64,000 nucleotides of DNA from the NCBI GenBank assembly GCA_944323745.1, contig CALUTQ010000001.1:484863-548862 (forward strand). The letters run 5' to 3'. The notes below the pieces were generated by a model. It searched no databases. It had not been told where the DNA came from and saw only the letters and a program-made list of their open reading frames with translations. The stretch's first letter is position 1; every line of letters begins with the position of its first letter. Shown here piece after piece: positions 1 to 8,035 of this stretch. Both the position numbers and the translations under genes were made by a program. Source of the DNA: Candidatus Avelusimicrobium pullarium. GTDB lineage: Bacteria; Elusimicrobiota; Elusimicrobia; Elusimicrobiales; Elusimicrobiaceae.

Positions 1-50
1 AAATTAATGTAGAATGAAAACACAGGCCCCGCCCGGGGCCGGGAGGCCAA

Positions 51-1088
51 ATGAAAGCGCTTTGTAAAACCAAACCCGCCAAAGGGGCGGAATTTATAGA
101 CGTGGACGTGCCTAAAATCCAAAAAGACGAACTTTTGGTCAAAATTTATAAAACCTCTATTTGCGGCAGCGATATACCGGTTTATAACTACACCGGTTGG
201 GCGCCGCAGCGCATCCCCATACCGTTTATTTTCGGTCACGAGCTGTGCGGTACCGTGGTGGAAGTAGGGGCCGATGCGCACGGTTTTGAAAAAGGCGATT
301 TTATTTCCATAGAATCGCACGTATGGTGCGGCAAATGTTACGAATGCCGCAACAATCACCGCGACGTGTGCGCCCATAACCAAACCATCGGGCTGGACCG
401 GCAGGGCGGTTTTGCCGAATATGCTGCCATTCCCGCCCGCTGCGGCTGGAAACATAAGGACGACAGTTTAAAAGACATCGCTTCCATTATGGAACCGTTG
501 GGCAACGCCGTTTATGCCACGCTGGCTAATGATATAGCCGGCAAAGTGGTGCTTATCAGCGGGATGGGTGCGCAGGGGCTTTTTGCCGCCAACGTGGCCA
601 AAGCCTGCGGTGCGGCCAAAGTGATTGCCACGGAAATGTCCGCCTTCCGCAAAAAACTGGCCGAACAAATGGGGGCTGACGTCATTATTGACCCGAGCGA
701 AGCCGGCGCGCTGGAAAAAATTATCAAAGCCTCCGGCGACGAAAAAGGCGTGGACGTGGTGATTGAAATGTCTGGCCATCCGGCCGGCATAGATTTGGCT
801 TTGCACGCCATTAAGCCGGCGGGGCATTTTGTGGCTTTTGGCTTGCCCGGCGGGCCGATTACCATTGATTACGCCAACCTGATTGTGTTTAAAGGCGTGC
901 AGGTGCAGGGGCTTACCGGCCGCAAAATTTATGAAAGCTGGTATACGATGGACGCGCTTTTGCGCAGCGGCAAAATCAACCCGCGGCCCGTTATTACGCA
1001 CGAATTTGAAATGAAAGACTTTGAAAAAGCCTTCGCCGCGATGACGGACCCCGAACACAAATGCGGCAAAGTCGTTATGATCCCGTAA
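51..1088 (+). CDS. tdh: L-threonine 3-dehydrogenase (Zn-dependent medium-chain dehydrogenase)
   Basis: 345-aa ORF. Zn-ADH motifs SICGSDIP and FGHELCGTVVEVG. Structural-Zn Cys cluster CGKCYECRNNHRDVC. GMGAQG nucleotide fold. GGGAGG RBS upstream. Directly followed by kbl, the canonical tdh-kbl pair. Confidence 0.85.
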   Translation: MKALCKTKPAKGAEFIDVDVPKIQKDELLVKIYKTSICGSDIPVYNYTGWAPQRIPIPFIFGHELCGTVVEVGADAHGFEKGDFISIESHVWCGKCYECRNNHRDVCAHNQTIGLDRQGGFAEYAAIPARCGWKHKDDSLKDIASIMEPLGNAVYATLANDIAGKVVLISGMGAQGLFAANVAKACGAAKVIATEMSAFRKKLAEQMGADVIIDPSEAGALEKIIKASGDEKGVDVVIEMSGHPAGIDLALHAIKPAGHFVAFGLPGGPITIDYANLIVFKGVQVQGLTGRKIYESWYTMDALLRSGKINPRPVITHEFEMKDFEKAFAAMTDPEHKCGKVVMIP

Positions 1089-1098
1089 GGAGAAAAGA

Positions 1099-2289
1099 AT
1101 GAACCATAAGTTTGACTTTTTAGACCAGGAAATCGCCCAACTCAAAGCGGAAAACCGCTTTATTACGCTGCATATTTTGCAGTCTGCCCAGTCGCCGGTG
1201 GCTATTATTGACGGCAAAGAAGTGGTCAACTTAACCTCTAACAACTATCTCAACTTGACTACGCATCCCAAAGTAAAAAAAGCAGCCGTGGAAGCGGTGG
1301 AAAAATACGGCATCGGCACCGCCGCCGTGCGCACGATTATCGGCACAATGACGATGCACGAAGAACTGGAAAAACGGCTGGCCGCTTTTAAAGGGGCCGA
1401 AGCCGCCATTTTAACGCAGTCTGGCTTTACGGCCAACACCGCCACCTGCCAGTGCCTGATGACCTCGCCGGAAGACGTGCTGATTTCCGATGAACTCAAC
1501 CACGCCTCTATTATTGACGGCGGGCGTTTGGCCAAAGCCAAAAAGAAAGTCTATCGCCACAGCGATATGGCGCACCTGAAAGAAATTTTGGAAAGTGACG
1601 ACGTGAAACACGCCCGCCGCAAACTGCTGGTAACCGACGGCGTGTTCAGTATGGACGGCGACATTTGCAATCTGCCCGACATCGTGGAATTGTGCGACAA
1701 GCACGGCGTTATTACGATGATTGACGATGCGCACGCTTCCGGCGTGCTGGGCGAACACGGCCACGGCACGGTGGAACATTTCCATATGCAGGGCAAAGTG
1801 GACATTCAAATCGGCACGCTTTCCAAGGCTTTTGCCGCCGTGGGCGGTTATGTGGCCGGCCCGCAGAAACTGCGCGACTATATGGTGTCCACCGCGCGTC
1901 CGTTCTTGTTTTCCAGTTCTCAGCCGCCCTCTGTCATCGCCACGTGCTTGGCGGGGTTGGATGTGATTGAAAACGAGCCCGAACGCCTCAAAAAACTGTG
2001 GGATAATACGCACTATTTTAAAACAGCCTTGCAGAAAGCCGGCTTTGACACCGGCCACAGCCAAACCCCCGTCACGCCCGTGATGGTGGGCGACAGCGCC
2101 AAAGCGCAGGCGTTTAGCAAACGGCTGTTTGAAGAAGGCGTGTTTGCCTTGGCCATCGTGTTTCCCACGGTGCCGCGCGGCAAAGAACGCTTGCGCACCA
2201 TTGTAACGGCGGGGCACGAACTTAAAGATTTGGAGTTCGCCGCCGCCAAGTTTGCCAAAGTGGGCAAAGAAATGGGCCTTATTAAATAG
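1099..2289 (+). CDS. kbl: glycine C-acetyltransferase (2-amino-3-ketobutyrate CoA ligase), PLP-dependent
   Basis: 396-aa ORF. Alpha-oxoamine synthase pattern (NNYLNL, DELNHASIIDG, DDAHASG, GTLSKA PLP-lysine motif). AAGGAG RBS. Sits 10 nt after tdh. Confidence 0.85.
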   Translation: MNHKFDFLDQEIAQLKAENRFITLHILQSAQSPVAIIDGKEVVNLTSNNYLNLTTHPKVKKAAVEAVEKYGIGTAAVRTIIGTMTMHEELEKRLAAFKGAEAAILTQSGFTANTATCQCLMTSPEDVLISDELNHASIIDGGRLAKAKKKVYRHSDMAHLKEILESDDVKHARRKLLVTDGVFSMDGDICNLPDIVELCDKHGVITMIDDAHASGVLGEHGHGTVEHFHMQGKVDIQIGTLSKAFAAVGGYVAGPQKLRDYMVSTARPFLFSSSQPPSVIATCLAGLDVIENEPERLKKLWDNTHYFKTALQKAGFDTGHSQTPVTPVMVGDSAKAQAFSKRLFEEGVFALAIVFPTVPRGKERLRTIVTAGHELKDLEFAAAKFAKVGKEMGLIK

Positions 2290-2316
2290 AAGCATCTTAT
2301 TGCCGTTATTTATGCC

Positions 2317-2349
2317 GCCGTGCCCCTTTAAAAGGGCACGGCTCTTTTA
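2317..2349 (+). terminator. rho-independent terminator after kbl
   Basis: GC-rich hairpin CCGTGCCCCTTT-AAA-AGGGCACGG followed by CTCTTTT. Confidence 0.7.
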
Positions 2350-2573
2350 CGTAGCGGTACCGGCTGAGATGGGCATATTGACCGGCGGTCTGCGTGTAGT
2401 TTTGTGCGCGGCATCTTCATTTGCTACCATAAATTACCCCGAAGATGGCGGGTTCTGCCCGAGATGACCTCCGGGCCTTTTTATGTCTGGCGAGGTTGTT
2501 TCTTAGGGAAATGCCCGCAGTTCTGTGAGAAAATGAGCGCGGAAAAATTCGTTTATTGGACGCCAAAACCAGA

Positions 2574-2634
2574 AGGGCTTGATTTGTTTTTTTTTTTTGA
2601 TAAATTTTGCCTATGAGCAAAATTTATCAAAAAA
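2574..2634 (+). promoter_or_regulatory. conserved pilin-paralog leader element, copy A (T12 + 17-bp inverted repeat around the ATG)
   Basis: AGGGCTTGATTTG + T12 + GATAAATTTTG + CCTATGAG + CAAAATTTATC + A6. Left arm 2593-2609 is the exact reverse complement of right arm 2618-2634. The ATG at 2613 lies in the 8-nt spacer. Confidence 0.7.
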
Positions 2635-3236
2635 CCTTGTCCAATACAAAAGGCGCTGTAGAACGCAAATTAGGTAGTTTTGGCCCTGCTGTTTCTGCCG
2701 TACCGGTCTGTGCAAATTCCCGCCCGTTTGGCCGATGCGGTTTTACGTTAATTGAGCTTTTGGTGGTAGTGCTGATTATCGGCATCTTGGCGGCCGTGGC
2801 TTTGCCGCAATATCAGCGGGTGGTAGATAAAACGCGTTTGAGCCAGGTGTTTGTTTGGGCTGCGCCTATTATGCAGGCAGAAAAGATATATCAAATGGCC
2901 AACGGCACATATACGCCCTATATGGAAGATTTAGACATTACGCCTCCTAATTGTAAGTTTAAAAATATAACTTACGAGGATAAAGGGGGAAGAGGAAGGT
3001 ATGGCTGTAATGATAACTGGACGGTAGATTTAAATGCTTGGCAGAACCTGTTACATATTTATTTGCCCAGCCAAGACCCTGTTGACGCTACCGTGGAGTT
3101 AGTATTTTATTTAGATACAGATAGCGTTCTCTGCGGTTCAACCTCTCAGCGCTGGAGAAACGTGTGTGCTTCTTTTGGCGGGCAGATATATAGTGATAAT
3201 GGTTCTATGCAATACTGGACTATTCCGCAAAATTAG
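2613..3236 (+). CDS. prepilin-type N-terminal cleavage/methylation domain protein (type IV pilin-like paralog A, 43-aa leader)
   Basis: G|FTLIELLVVVLIIGILAAVALPQY class III signal motif at residues 43-67, counting from the ATG at 2613. The ORF track starts at a TTG at 2607. Cys-containing divergent C-terminal domain. Confidence 0.8.
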   Translation: MSKIYQKTLSNTKGAVERKLGSFGPAVSAVPVCANSRPFGRCGFTLIELLVVVLIIGILAAVALPQYQRVVDKTRLSQVFVWAAPIMQAEKIYQMANGTYTPYMEDLDITPPNCKFKNITYEDKGGRGRYGCNDNWTVDLNAWQNLLHIYLPSQDPVDATVELVFYLDTDSVLCGSTSQRWRNVCASFGGQIYSDNGSMQYWTIPQN

Positions 3237-3272
3237 AATCATTTTGTTTTTCTTTGCCGTTTTTAGGCTTTT

Positions 3273-3305
3273 CCCGCGGGTGTTTGTTAAACCGCGGGCT
3301 TTTTG
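3273..3305 (+). terminator. rho-independent terminator after pilin paralog A
   Basis: Hairpin CCCGCGG-N12-CCGCGGG followed by CTTTTTG. Confidence 0.75.
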
Positions 3306-3355
3306 TGCTTTGCTAAAATGATAAAATACATATAATAGCTTCTGATGAGGTTTTT

Positions 3356-4264
3356 ATGAAGAAAAAATTAATTGCCGTTTTAATCATTTTAGTACTGGCT
3401 GCGTTTGGCTTTTGGTGGTGGAAGGGCACGGCACAGACGCCAACGTCTTCTGCCCCCGTTGCCCCGCAGGAAAAACTGCAAGTTACCGCTTCGGGCTATG
3501 TGGCTTACACTTTGCTCAAGCAAATAGGCGGGGACCGTGTGCAAGTCACGATGCTGGTTCCGCCGGGCACGGAGCCGCACAGTTTTGAGCCTACCCCCGG
3601 CTCCATCATTGCCGTCAGTGAAGCCGATTTATTTGTGTATGTGTCCCCGCGCGTGGAACCGTGGGTGAAAGACATTTTGCAGGGTATTTCCGGCGTGAAC
3701 GCACTGGAAGCCGGCCCCTCGCACGAGGAACAGGACCCGCATATTTGGATGACCCCCTACGGCGCGCTGGAAATGGCAAAACGCATAGAAAAAACCCTTA
3801 TTAAAGCCGATCCCGCCGGCAAGGAATATTACCGGCAGCGCTTTGATGCGTTTGAAAAAGAAATTAAAACCCTGCACGAAGATTTCAACCGCGAGCTGGC
3901 CAACTGCCAAAGCCGCAATGTGGTACACGTGGGGCATTTGGCGTTTGGCAATTTGGCCCGCACCTACGGGCTGGAGTTTCAGGCCCTGACGGGCACGTCA
4001 CACCAGGGGGAACATTCGGTGCACAGGCTGGCCTCGTTGGTGCGTTTTATCCGTCAAAACGATGTGCCGGCTGTGTACACGGAAGAGATGATCGCTTCCG
4101 ACCTGGCCGACACCGTAGCGCAGGAAACGGGCGTGCGTATGCTGCCGCTTTATACGGTGGAAGAAGTCAGCAAGCGCGACTTTGACGCCGGCATAACTTA
4201 CACCGATTATATGCGCCGCAATTTGCACAACCTCAAGGAGGGGCTTAAATGTCAGGCGCAGTAG
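3356..4264 (+). CDS. metal (Zn/Mn) ABC transporter substrate-binding protein, ZnuA/TroA family
   Basis: 302-aa ORF with an N-terminal signal/anchor. Cluster A-I SBP pattern (GTEPHSFEPTP, DPHIWM). Followed by the cognate ATPase and permease. Confidence 0.8.
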   Translation: MKKKLIAVLIILVLAAFGFWWWKGTAQTPTSSAPVAPQEKLQVTASGYVAYTLLKQIGGDRVQVTMLVPPGTEPHSFEPTPGSIIAVSEADLFVYVSPRVEPWVKDILQGISGVNALEAGPSHEEQDPHIWMTPYGALEMAKRIEKTLIKADPAGKEYYRQRFDAFEKEIKTLHEDFNRELANCQSRNVVHVGHLAFGNLARTYGLEFQALTGTSHQGEHSVHRLASLVRFIRQNDVPAVYTEEMIASDLADTVAQETGVRMLPLYTVEEVSKRDFDAGITYTDYMRRNLHNLKEGLKCQAQ

Positions 4265-5088
4265 TAGAAGCCAAAGATGTTTGCTTTAAATATACCCGCA
4301 CGTTGGTGCTGGAAAATGTTTCCTTTTGCGTGCAAGCCGGCGATTATGTGGGCATTATCGGCCCCAACGGCGGCGGCAAGACCACTTTGCTGAAATTAAT
4401 TTTAGGGCTGGAAAAGGGTGCCGGCGAAATTAAGCTTTTCGGCACGCCGGTGGGCAAATTTAAGGACTGGCATAAAATAGGTTATTTGGCGCAAAAAAGT
4501 CCGGTTTCGCAGTCGCGCTTTCCCGTGTCGGTGGAAGAAGTGGTGCTGATGGGCCTGTGTTATGACAGCGCCCATAAAGATCCTACCGCCGCCAATTTAA
4601 AAGAAGTGTACCGCGCTTTGCGCCAAACCCGCACGCTGGATCTGTCCAAGCGCATTTTTTCGGATCTGTCCGTCGGTCAACAGCAGCGGGTGCTTTTGGC
4701 GCGCGCTTTGGTCAGCAAACCGCAGCTGCTTATTTTGGATGAGCCTTCCGCCGCGATGGATGCCTCCAGCCGGGAGATGTTTTTTGACTTGCTGGGCGAG
4801 CTGAACGGCAAATACGGCGTAACCATTTTGCTTATCACGCACGACACGGGCGAAGTGGGCAAATATATTTCCAAATTTATGTATATAGACAAAGAACTGG
4901 TGTTCTTTGGCGACAAGCAGCAGTTTTGCCACTCCCAAAAAGTGGCCGAAAAACTGGGTGCTTTCGCCCAGCATACCATAGACCACCTGCATAACCACGG
5001 GCATTGTCCGCTGGGGTGCCAGTGCGAAGACGTACACGGTGCGTTTGGGCACGTGGCGGCACACGGAGCGGAGGCAAAAAATGATTAG
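4249..5088 (+). CDS. metal ABC transporter ATP-binding protein (ZnuC-like) with His/Cys-rich C-terminal tail
   Basis: Walker A GPNGGGKTT, signature LSVGQQQR, Walker B LLILDEP. The last ~40 aa contain 8 His and 3 Cys. Overlaps znuA-like by 16 nt and the permease by 8 nt. Confidence 0.8.
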   Translation: MSGAVVEAKDVCFKYTRTLVLENVSFCVQAGDYVGIIGPNGGGKTTLLKLILGLEKGAGEIKLFGTPVGKFKDWHKIGYLAQKSPVSQSRFPVSVEEVVLMGLCYDSAHKDPTAANLKEVYRALRQTRTLDLSKRIFSDLSVGQQQRVLLARALVSKPQLLILDEPSAAMDASSREMFFDLLGELNGKYGVTILLITHDTGEVGKYISKFMYIDKELVFFGDKQQFCHSQKVAEKLGAFAQHTIDHLHNHGHCPLGCQCEDVHGAFGHVAAHGAEAKND

Positions 5089-5920
5089 CGAATTTTTAAG
5101 TTATGGTTTTGTGCAGCGCGGCCTGATGGCCGGCTCCTTGGTGGCGGTGATTTGCGCCCTTTTGGGGGTGTTTTTGGTTCTTAAGCGTCTGTCCCTTATC
5201 GGCGACGGGCTAAGCCACGTGTGCCTGACGGGCGTGGCTTTGGGGCTGCTTACGCAGACCAGCCCGGTATATATGTCTTTGCCGGTGGTGCTGGCGGCCT
5301 CTTTAGGGGTGCTTAAAATTATGGAAAAAATCAAAATATACGGCGACGCTGCTATCGGTATCGTCAGTGCGGCGGGGCTGGCGCTGGGTATTTTGATTAC
5401 GGCCGCGGCCGGCGGGTTTAATGCCGATTTATTCGGCTTTCTGTTCGGCAGTATTTTAACCGTAGGCAAGACGGAAGTATTTTTATGTGCGGCGGTGTTG
5501 GCGGCGCTGCTTTTATTTTTATTGTTTTTCTACCGCGATTTGGTAGCCGCCAGTTTTGACGAAGCTTTTGCCCGCACCCGCGGCATTAAAGTAAGCCGTT
5601 TGAATGCCACGCTGATTATTTTTACGTCTATGGCGGTGGTGCTGGCTTTTAAGGTGGTGGGCATTTTCTTAATTTCCGCGTTGATTATTTTGCCGCCTGT
5701 CAGCGCGCTGATGCTGGCCAAAACTTTTAAACAGGTATTGGGGCTTGCCTGTGTATTCGGGCTCTTAAGCGTGTGGAGCGGGGTATATTTGTCCTTTGTG
5801 TTTAATGTCCCTTCCGGCGCGACGATTATTTTGATTAACCTGTTGTTTTTGATGGGTTCTTTTATTGTTTCGCGTTTGGGGCGCGGATACGGCCGCAAAG
5901 GAGGGCAACGTGCTGCTTAA
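5081..5920 (+). CDS. metal ABC transporter permease (ZnuB-like, ABC-3 family)
   Basis: Polytopic membrane protein. ATG at 5081 is preceded by GGAGG. The track ORF begins upstream at 5039 inside the ATPase gene. Confidence 0.8.
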   Translation: MISEFLSYGFVQRGLMAGSLVAVICALLGVFLVLKRLSLIGDGLSHVCLTGVALGLLTQTSPVYMSLPVVLAASLGVLKIMEKIKIYGDAAIGIVSAAGLALGILITAAAGGFNADLFGFLFGSILTVGKTEVFLCAAVLAALLLFLLFFYRDLVAASFDEAFARTRGIKVSRLNATLIIFTSMAVVLAFKVVGIFLISALIILPPVSALMLAKTFKQVLGLACVFGLLSVWSGVYLSFVFNVPSGATIILINLLFLMGSFIVSRLGRGYGRKGGQRAA

Positions 5921-6554
5921 GAAAACCGATTTGGCCCCCGTCTTGGCCGAGCTGAAAAAACTTTATCCCAAAGTAATTATCCCGCTGAACCACAAAAACG
6001 CGTGGGAGTTGCTGATGGCCGTCATTTTGTCGGCCCAATGCACCGATGCGCGCGTAAACCAAATTACGCCCAATTTATTTAAAAAATATCCCACGCCTCA
6101 GGCCTTAGCCGCGGCAGACATTAAAGACGTGGAAGAAATTATCCATTCGGCCGGTTTTTATCACAGCAAGGCCTTATCTTTAATAGAAAGTTCCAAACGC
6201 ATTTGCGAAGTGTACGGCGGCAAAGTGCCCCAAAGTATGAAGGAGCTGCTCACCCTGCGCGGGGTGGCCCGCAAAACGGCCAATGTGCTGCTTGGCGACT
6301 ATTTCGGCACGCCGGAAGGGGTAGTGGTGGATACGCACGTAAAGCGCCTGTCTTTCCGTCTGGGTTTTACCAAACAGACAGACCCCGTAAAAATAGAACA
6401 AGATTTAATGAAGCTTATCCCGCGCGACCGCTGGCAATGGATAGGTATTGCCCTTATTTTGCACGGGCGCAGCACCTGCCCGGCGCGCAAGCCGTTGTGC
6501 GGCCAATGCCCGCTTGCCCCGTGGTGCCCTAAAAACGGCGTTAACCAAAAATAA
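5910..6554 (+). CDS. nth: endonuclease III (DNA glycosylase/AP lyase)
   Basis: HhH-GPD pattern (LLMAVILSAQCTDARVN, LRGVARKTANVLL, VDTHV). C-terminal 4Fe-4S cluster CPARKPLCGQCPLAPWC. GTG at 5910 is preceded by AGGAGGG, and the track start at 5865 is a TTG. The start is uncertain. Confidence 0.85.
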   Translation: MLLKKTDLAPVLAELKKLYPKVIIPLNHKNAWELLMAVILSAQCTDARVNQITPNLFKKYPTPQALAAADIKDVEEIIHSAGFYHSKALSLIESSKRICEVYGGKVPQSMKELLTLRGVARKTANVLLGDYFGTPEGVVVDTHVKRLSFRLGFTKQTDPVKIEQDLMKLIPRDRWQWIGIALILHGRSTCPARKPLCGQCPLAPWCPKNGVNQK

Positions 6555-6557
6555 TTT

Positions 6558-6580
6558 AAGCCCCGCAAGGGGCTTTCATT
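6558..6580 (+). terminator. probable terminator after nth
   Basis: AAGCCCC-GCAA-GGGGCTT hairpin followed by TCATTT. The U tract is weak. Confidence 0.55.
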
Positions 6581-6822
6581 TGGCCTTATTTGCTTCTTTA
6601 AACGGCGGAGAACGGCGGAAAAGGGAACTTGCAGTATGCCCTCACAGTCGGTGCCTGCCCGCCTTTTGGGGCCGTTTTCAATAAACTTCAAAAATCCGCC
6701 CACATATTTAGCCTGCAGCGGCATTGGGGCATATTGCACAGGCCAAACAGCCTGGCAAATTAGTTAGCGCCGGCCTCCGTATGGAGTTGGCCAGTTGCAT
6801 TTATTTGAAAACACAAACACAT

Positions 6823-6855
6823 AAAAAACCCCGCTCTTTGGAGCGGGGTTTTTAT
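6823..6855. terminator. bidirectional rho-independent terminator (ends the oadGAB operon on the minus strand)
   Basis: A6-CCCCGCTC-TTTG-GAGCGGGG-T5. Near-identical to the terminator at 11499-11529. Confidence 0.75.
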
Positions 6856-6869
6856 TGTAAAACTTGCAA

Positions 6870-8024
6870 CTATTTCAGCAGAGCCAGCAATACGCCGGCG
6901 GCCACTGCACTGCCGATAACGCCGGCCACGTTGGGGCCCATGGCGTGCATAAGCAGGTAGTTGTTTTTGTCATACTGCAGCCCGATTTTGTTGGATACGC
7001 GGGCGGCCATCGGTACGGCAGACACACCGGCAGAACCGATAAGCGGGTTGACTTTTTCTTTGCTGAACATATTCATTACTTTGGCCAGTAACACGCCCGA
7101 AGCCGTGGCAATGGAGAAGGCGATAACGCCCAGCACCAAGATACCCAAGGTTTCGGTTTTAAGGAATTGGTCGGCAGAGAGTTTAGACCCTACGGACAGA
7201 CCCAGCAGAATGGTAACGATGTTGCAGAAGTCGTTTTGCAGGGTTTTGGAAAGTCTTTCCGCCACGCCCGATTCTTTAATCAGGTTGCCGAAAGAGAGCG
7301 CACCGATTAACGGGGCAGCATCGGGCAGCAACAAAGCGCACAGCAGCAAAAGCACGATGGGGAACAAGATTTTTTCGCGTTTGGACACGGGGCGAAGTTG
7401 TTTCATCACGATTTTGCGTTCTTTTTCCGTGGTCAGCAGTTTCATAATAGGCGGCTGAATGATAGGCACCAGCGCCATATAAGAATAAGCGGCCACGGCA
7501 ATAGCGCCCAAAAGCTGCGGGGCCAAGCGGCTGGTCAAAAAGATAGCCGTCGGGCCGTCCGCACCGCCGATGATGCCGATGGAAGCGGCTTCCTTAAGCC
7601 CAAAGGCAAAAGGCGTCGCGTCGCCAATGTGAATGTAAGAAAGCCCGATAGCGCCGATCAGCGTGGCAAAAATGCCAAACTGCGCGGCTCCGCCCAACAG
7701 GGCCATTTTCGGGTTGGCGATTAAGGGGCCAAAGTCGGTCATCGCGCCTACGGACATAAAGATAAACAGCGGGAAAAGACCCGTCTGAATACCAAAGTTG
7801 TAGACGATGCCCAAGAACCCCGTCGGGCCGGCAATGCCGGCCAGCGGGATATTGGACAAAAGACCGCCAAAGGCGATAGGTACTAACAGCAGCGGTTCAA
7901 ACTGCTTTTTAATGCCCAGCCACAGCAGGAACAGACAGACACACATCATCACCAGCTGTTGCCAGGTAATAGAGTTGACCGCCGTGGTTTGCCAGATTTG
8001 GTTCAATGCTTGCAAAATATCCAT
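6870..8024 (-). CDS. oadB: Na+-translocating oxaloacetate decarboxylase, beta subunit
   Basis: 384-aa polytopic membrane protein of the OadB/GcdB/MmdB type. Sits 11 nt downstream of the alpha subunit gene. Confidence 0.8.
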   Translation of the reverse strand: MDILQALNQIWQTTAVNSITWQQLVMMCVCLFLLWLGIKKQFEPLLLVPIAFGGLLSNIPLAGIAGPTGFLGIVYNFGIQTGLFPLFIFMSVGAMTDFGPLIANPKMALLGGAAQFGIFATLIGAIGLSYIHIGDATPFAFGLKEAASIGIIGGADGPTAIFLTSRLAPQLLGAIAVAAYSYMALVPIIQPPIMKLLTTEKERKIVMKQLRPVSKREKILFPIVLLLLCALLLPDAAPLIGALSFGNLIKESGVAERLSKTLQNDFCNIVTILLGLSVGSKLSADQFLKTETLGILVLGVIAFSIATASGVLLAKVMNMFSKEKVNPLIGSAGVSAVPMAARVSNKIGLQYDKNNYLLMHAMGPNVAGVIGSAVAAGVLLALLK

Positions 8025-8035
8025 AGGGCAGCCTC

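Noticed and set aside
2587-2598. The T12 homopolymer in the pilin leader element as a slipped-strand phase-variation switch.
   Set aside because: All three copies have exactly 12 T and the tract lies upstream of the ATG, so a single sequence gives no evidence of length variation. It is kept only as part of the element description. Population or long-read data would be needed.
2540-2612. Sigma-54 (TGGCAC-N5-TTGC) or canonical sigma-70 promoter upstream of the pilin paralogs (TTGGAC/TTAGAC boxes).
   Set aside because: No GG/GC pair at sigma-54 spacing. TTGGAC lies 17 nt from GGGC-TTGNNT in copies A and B but 22 nt away in copy C, and the -10-like hexamers are poor. Not supportable by eye.
3306-3355. 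Zur/Fur-type palindromic operator upstream of the znuA-like gene.
   Set aside because: AAATGATAAAATACAT is AT-rich but is not a true palindrome when reverse-complemented. Only a weak TTGCTA-N15-TATAAT promoter-like pair is visible.
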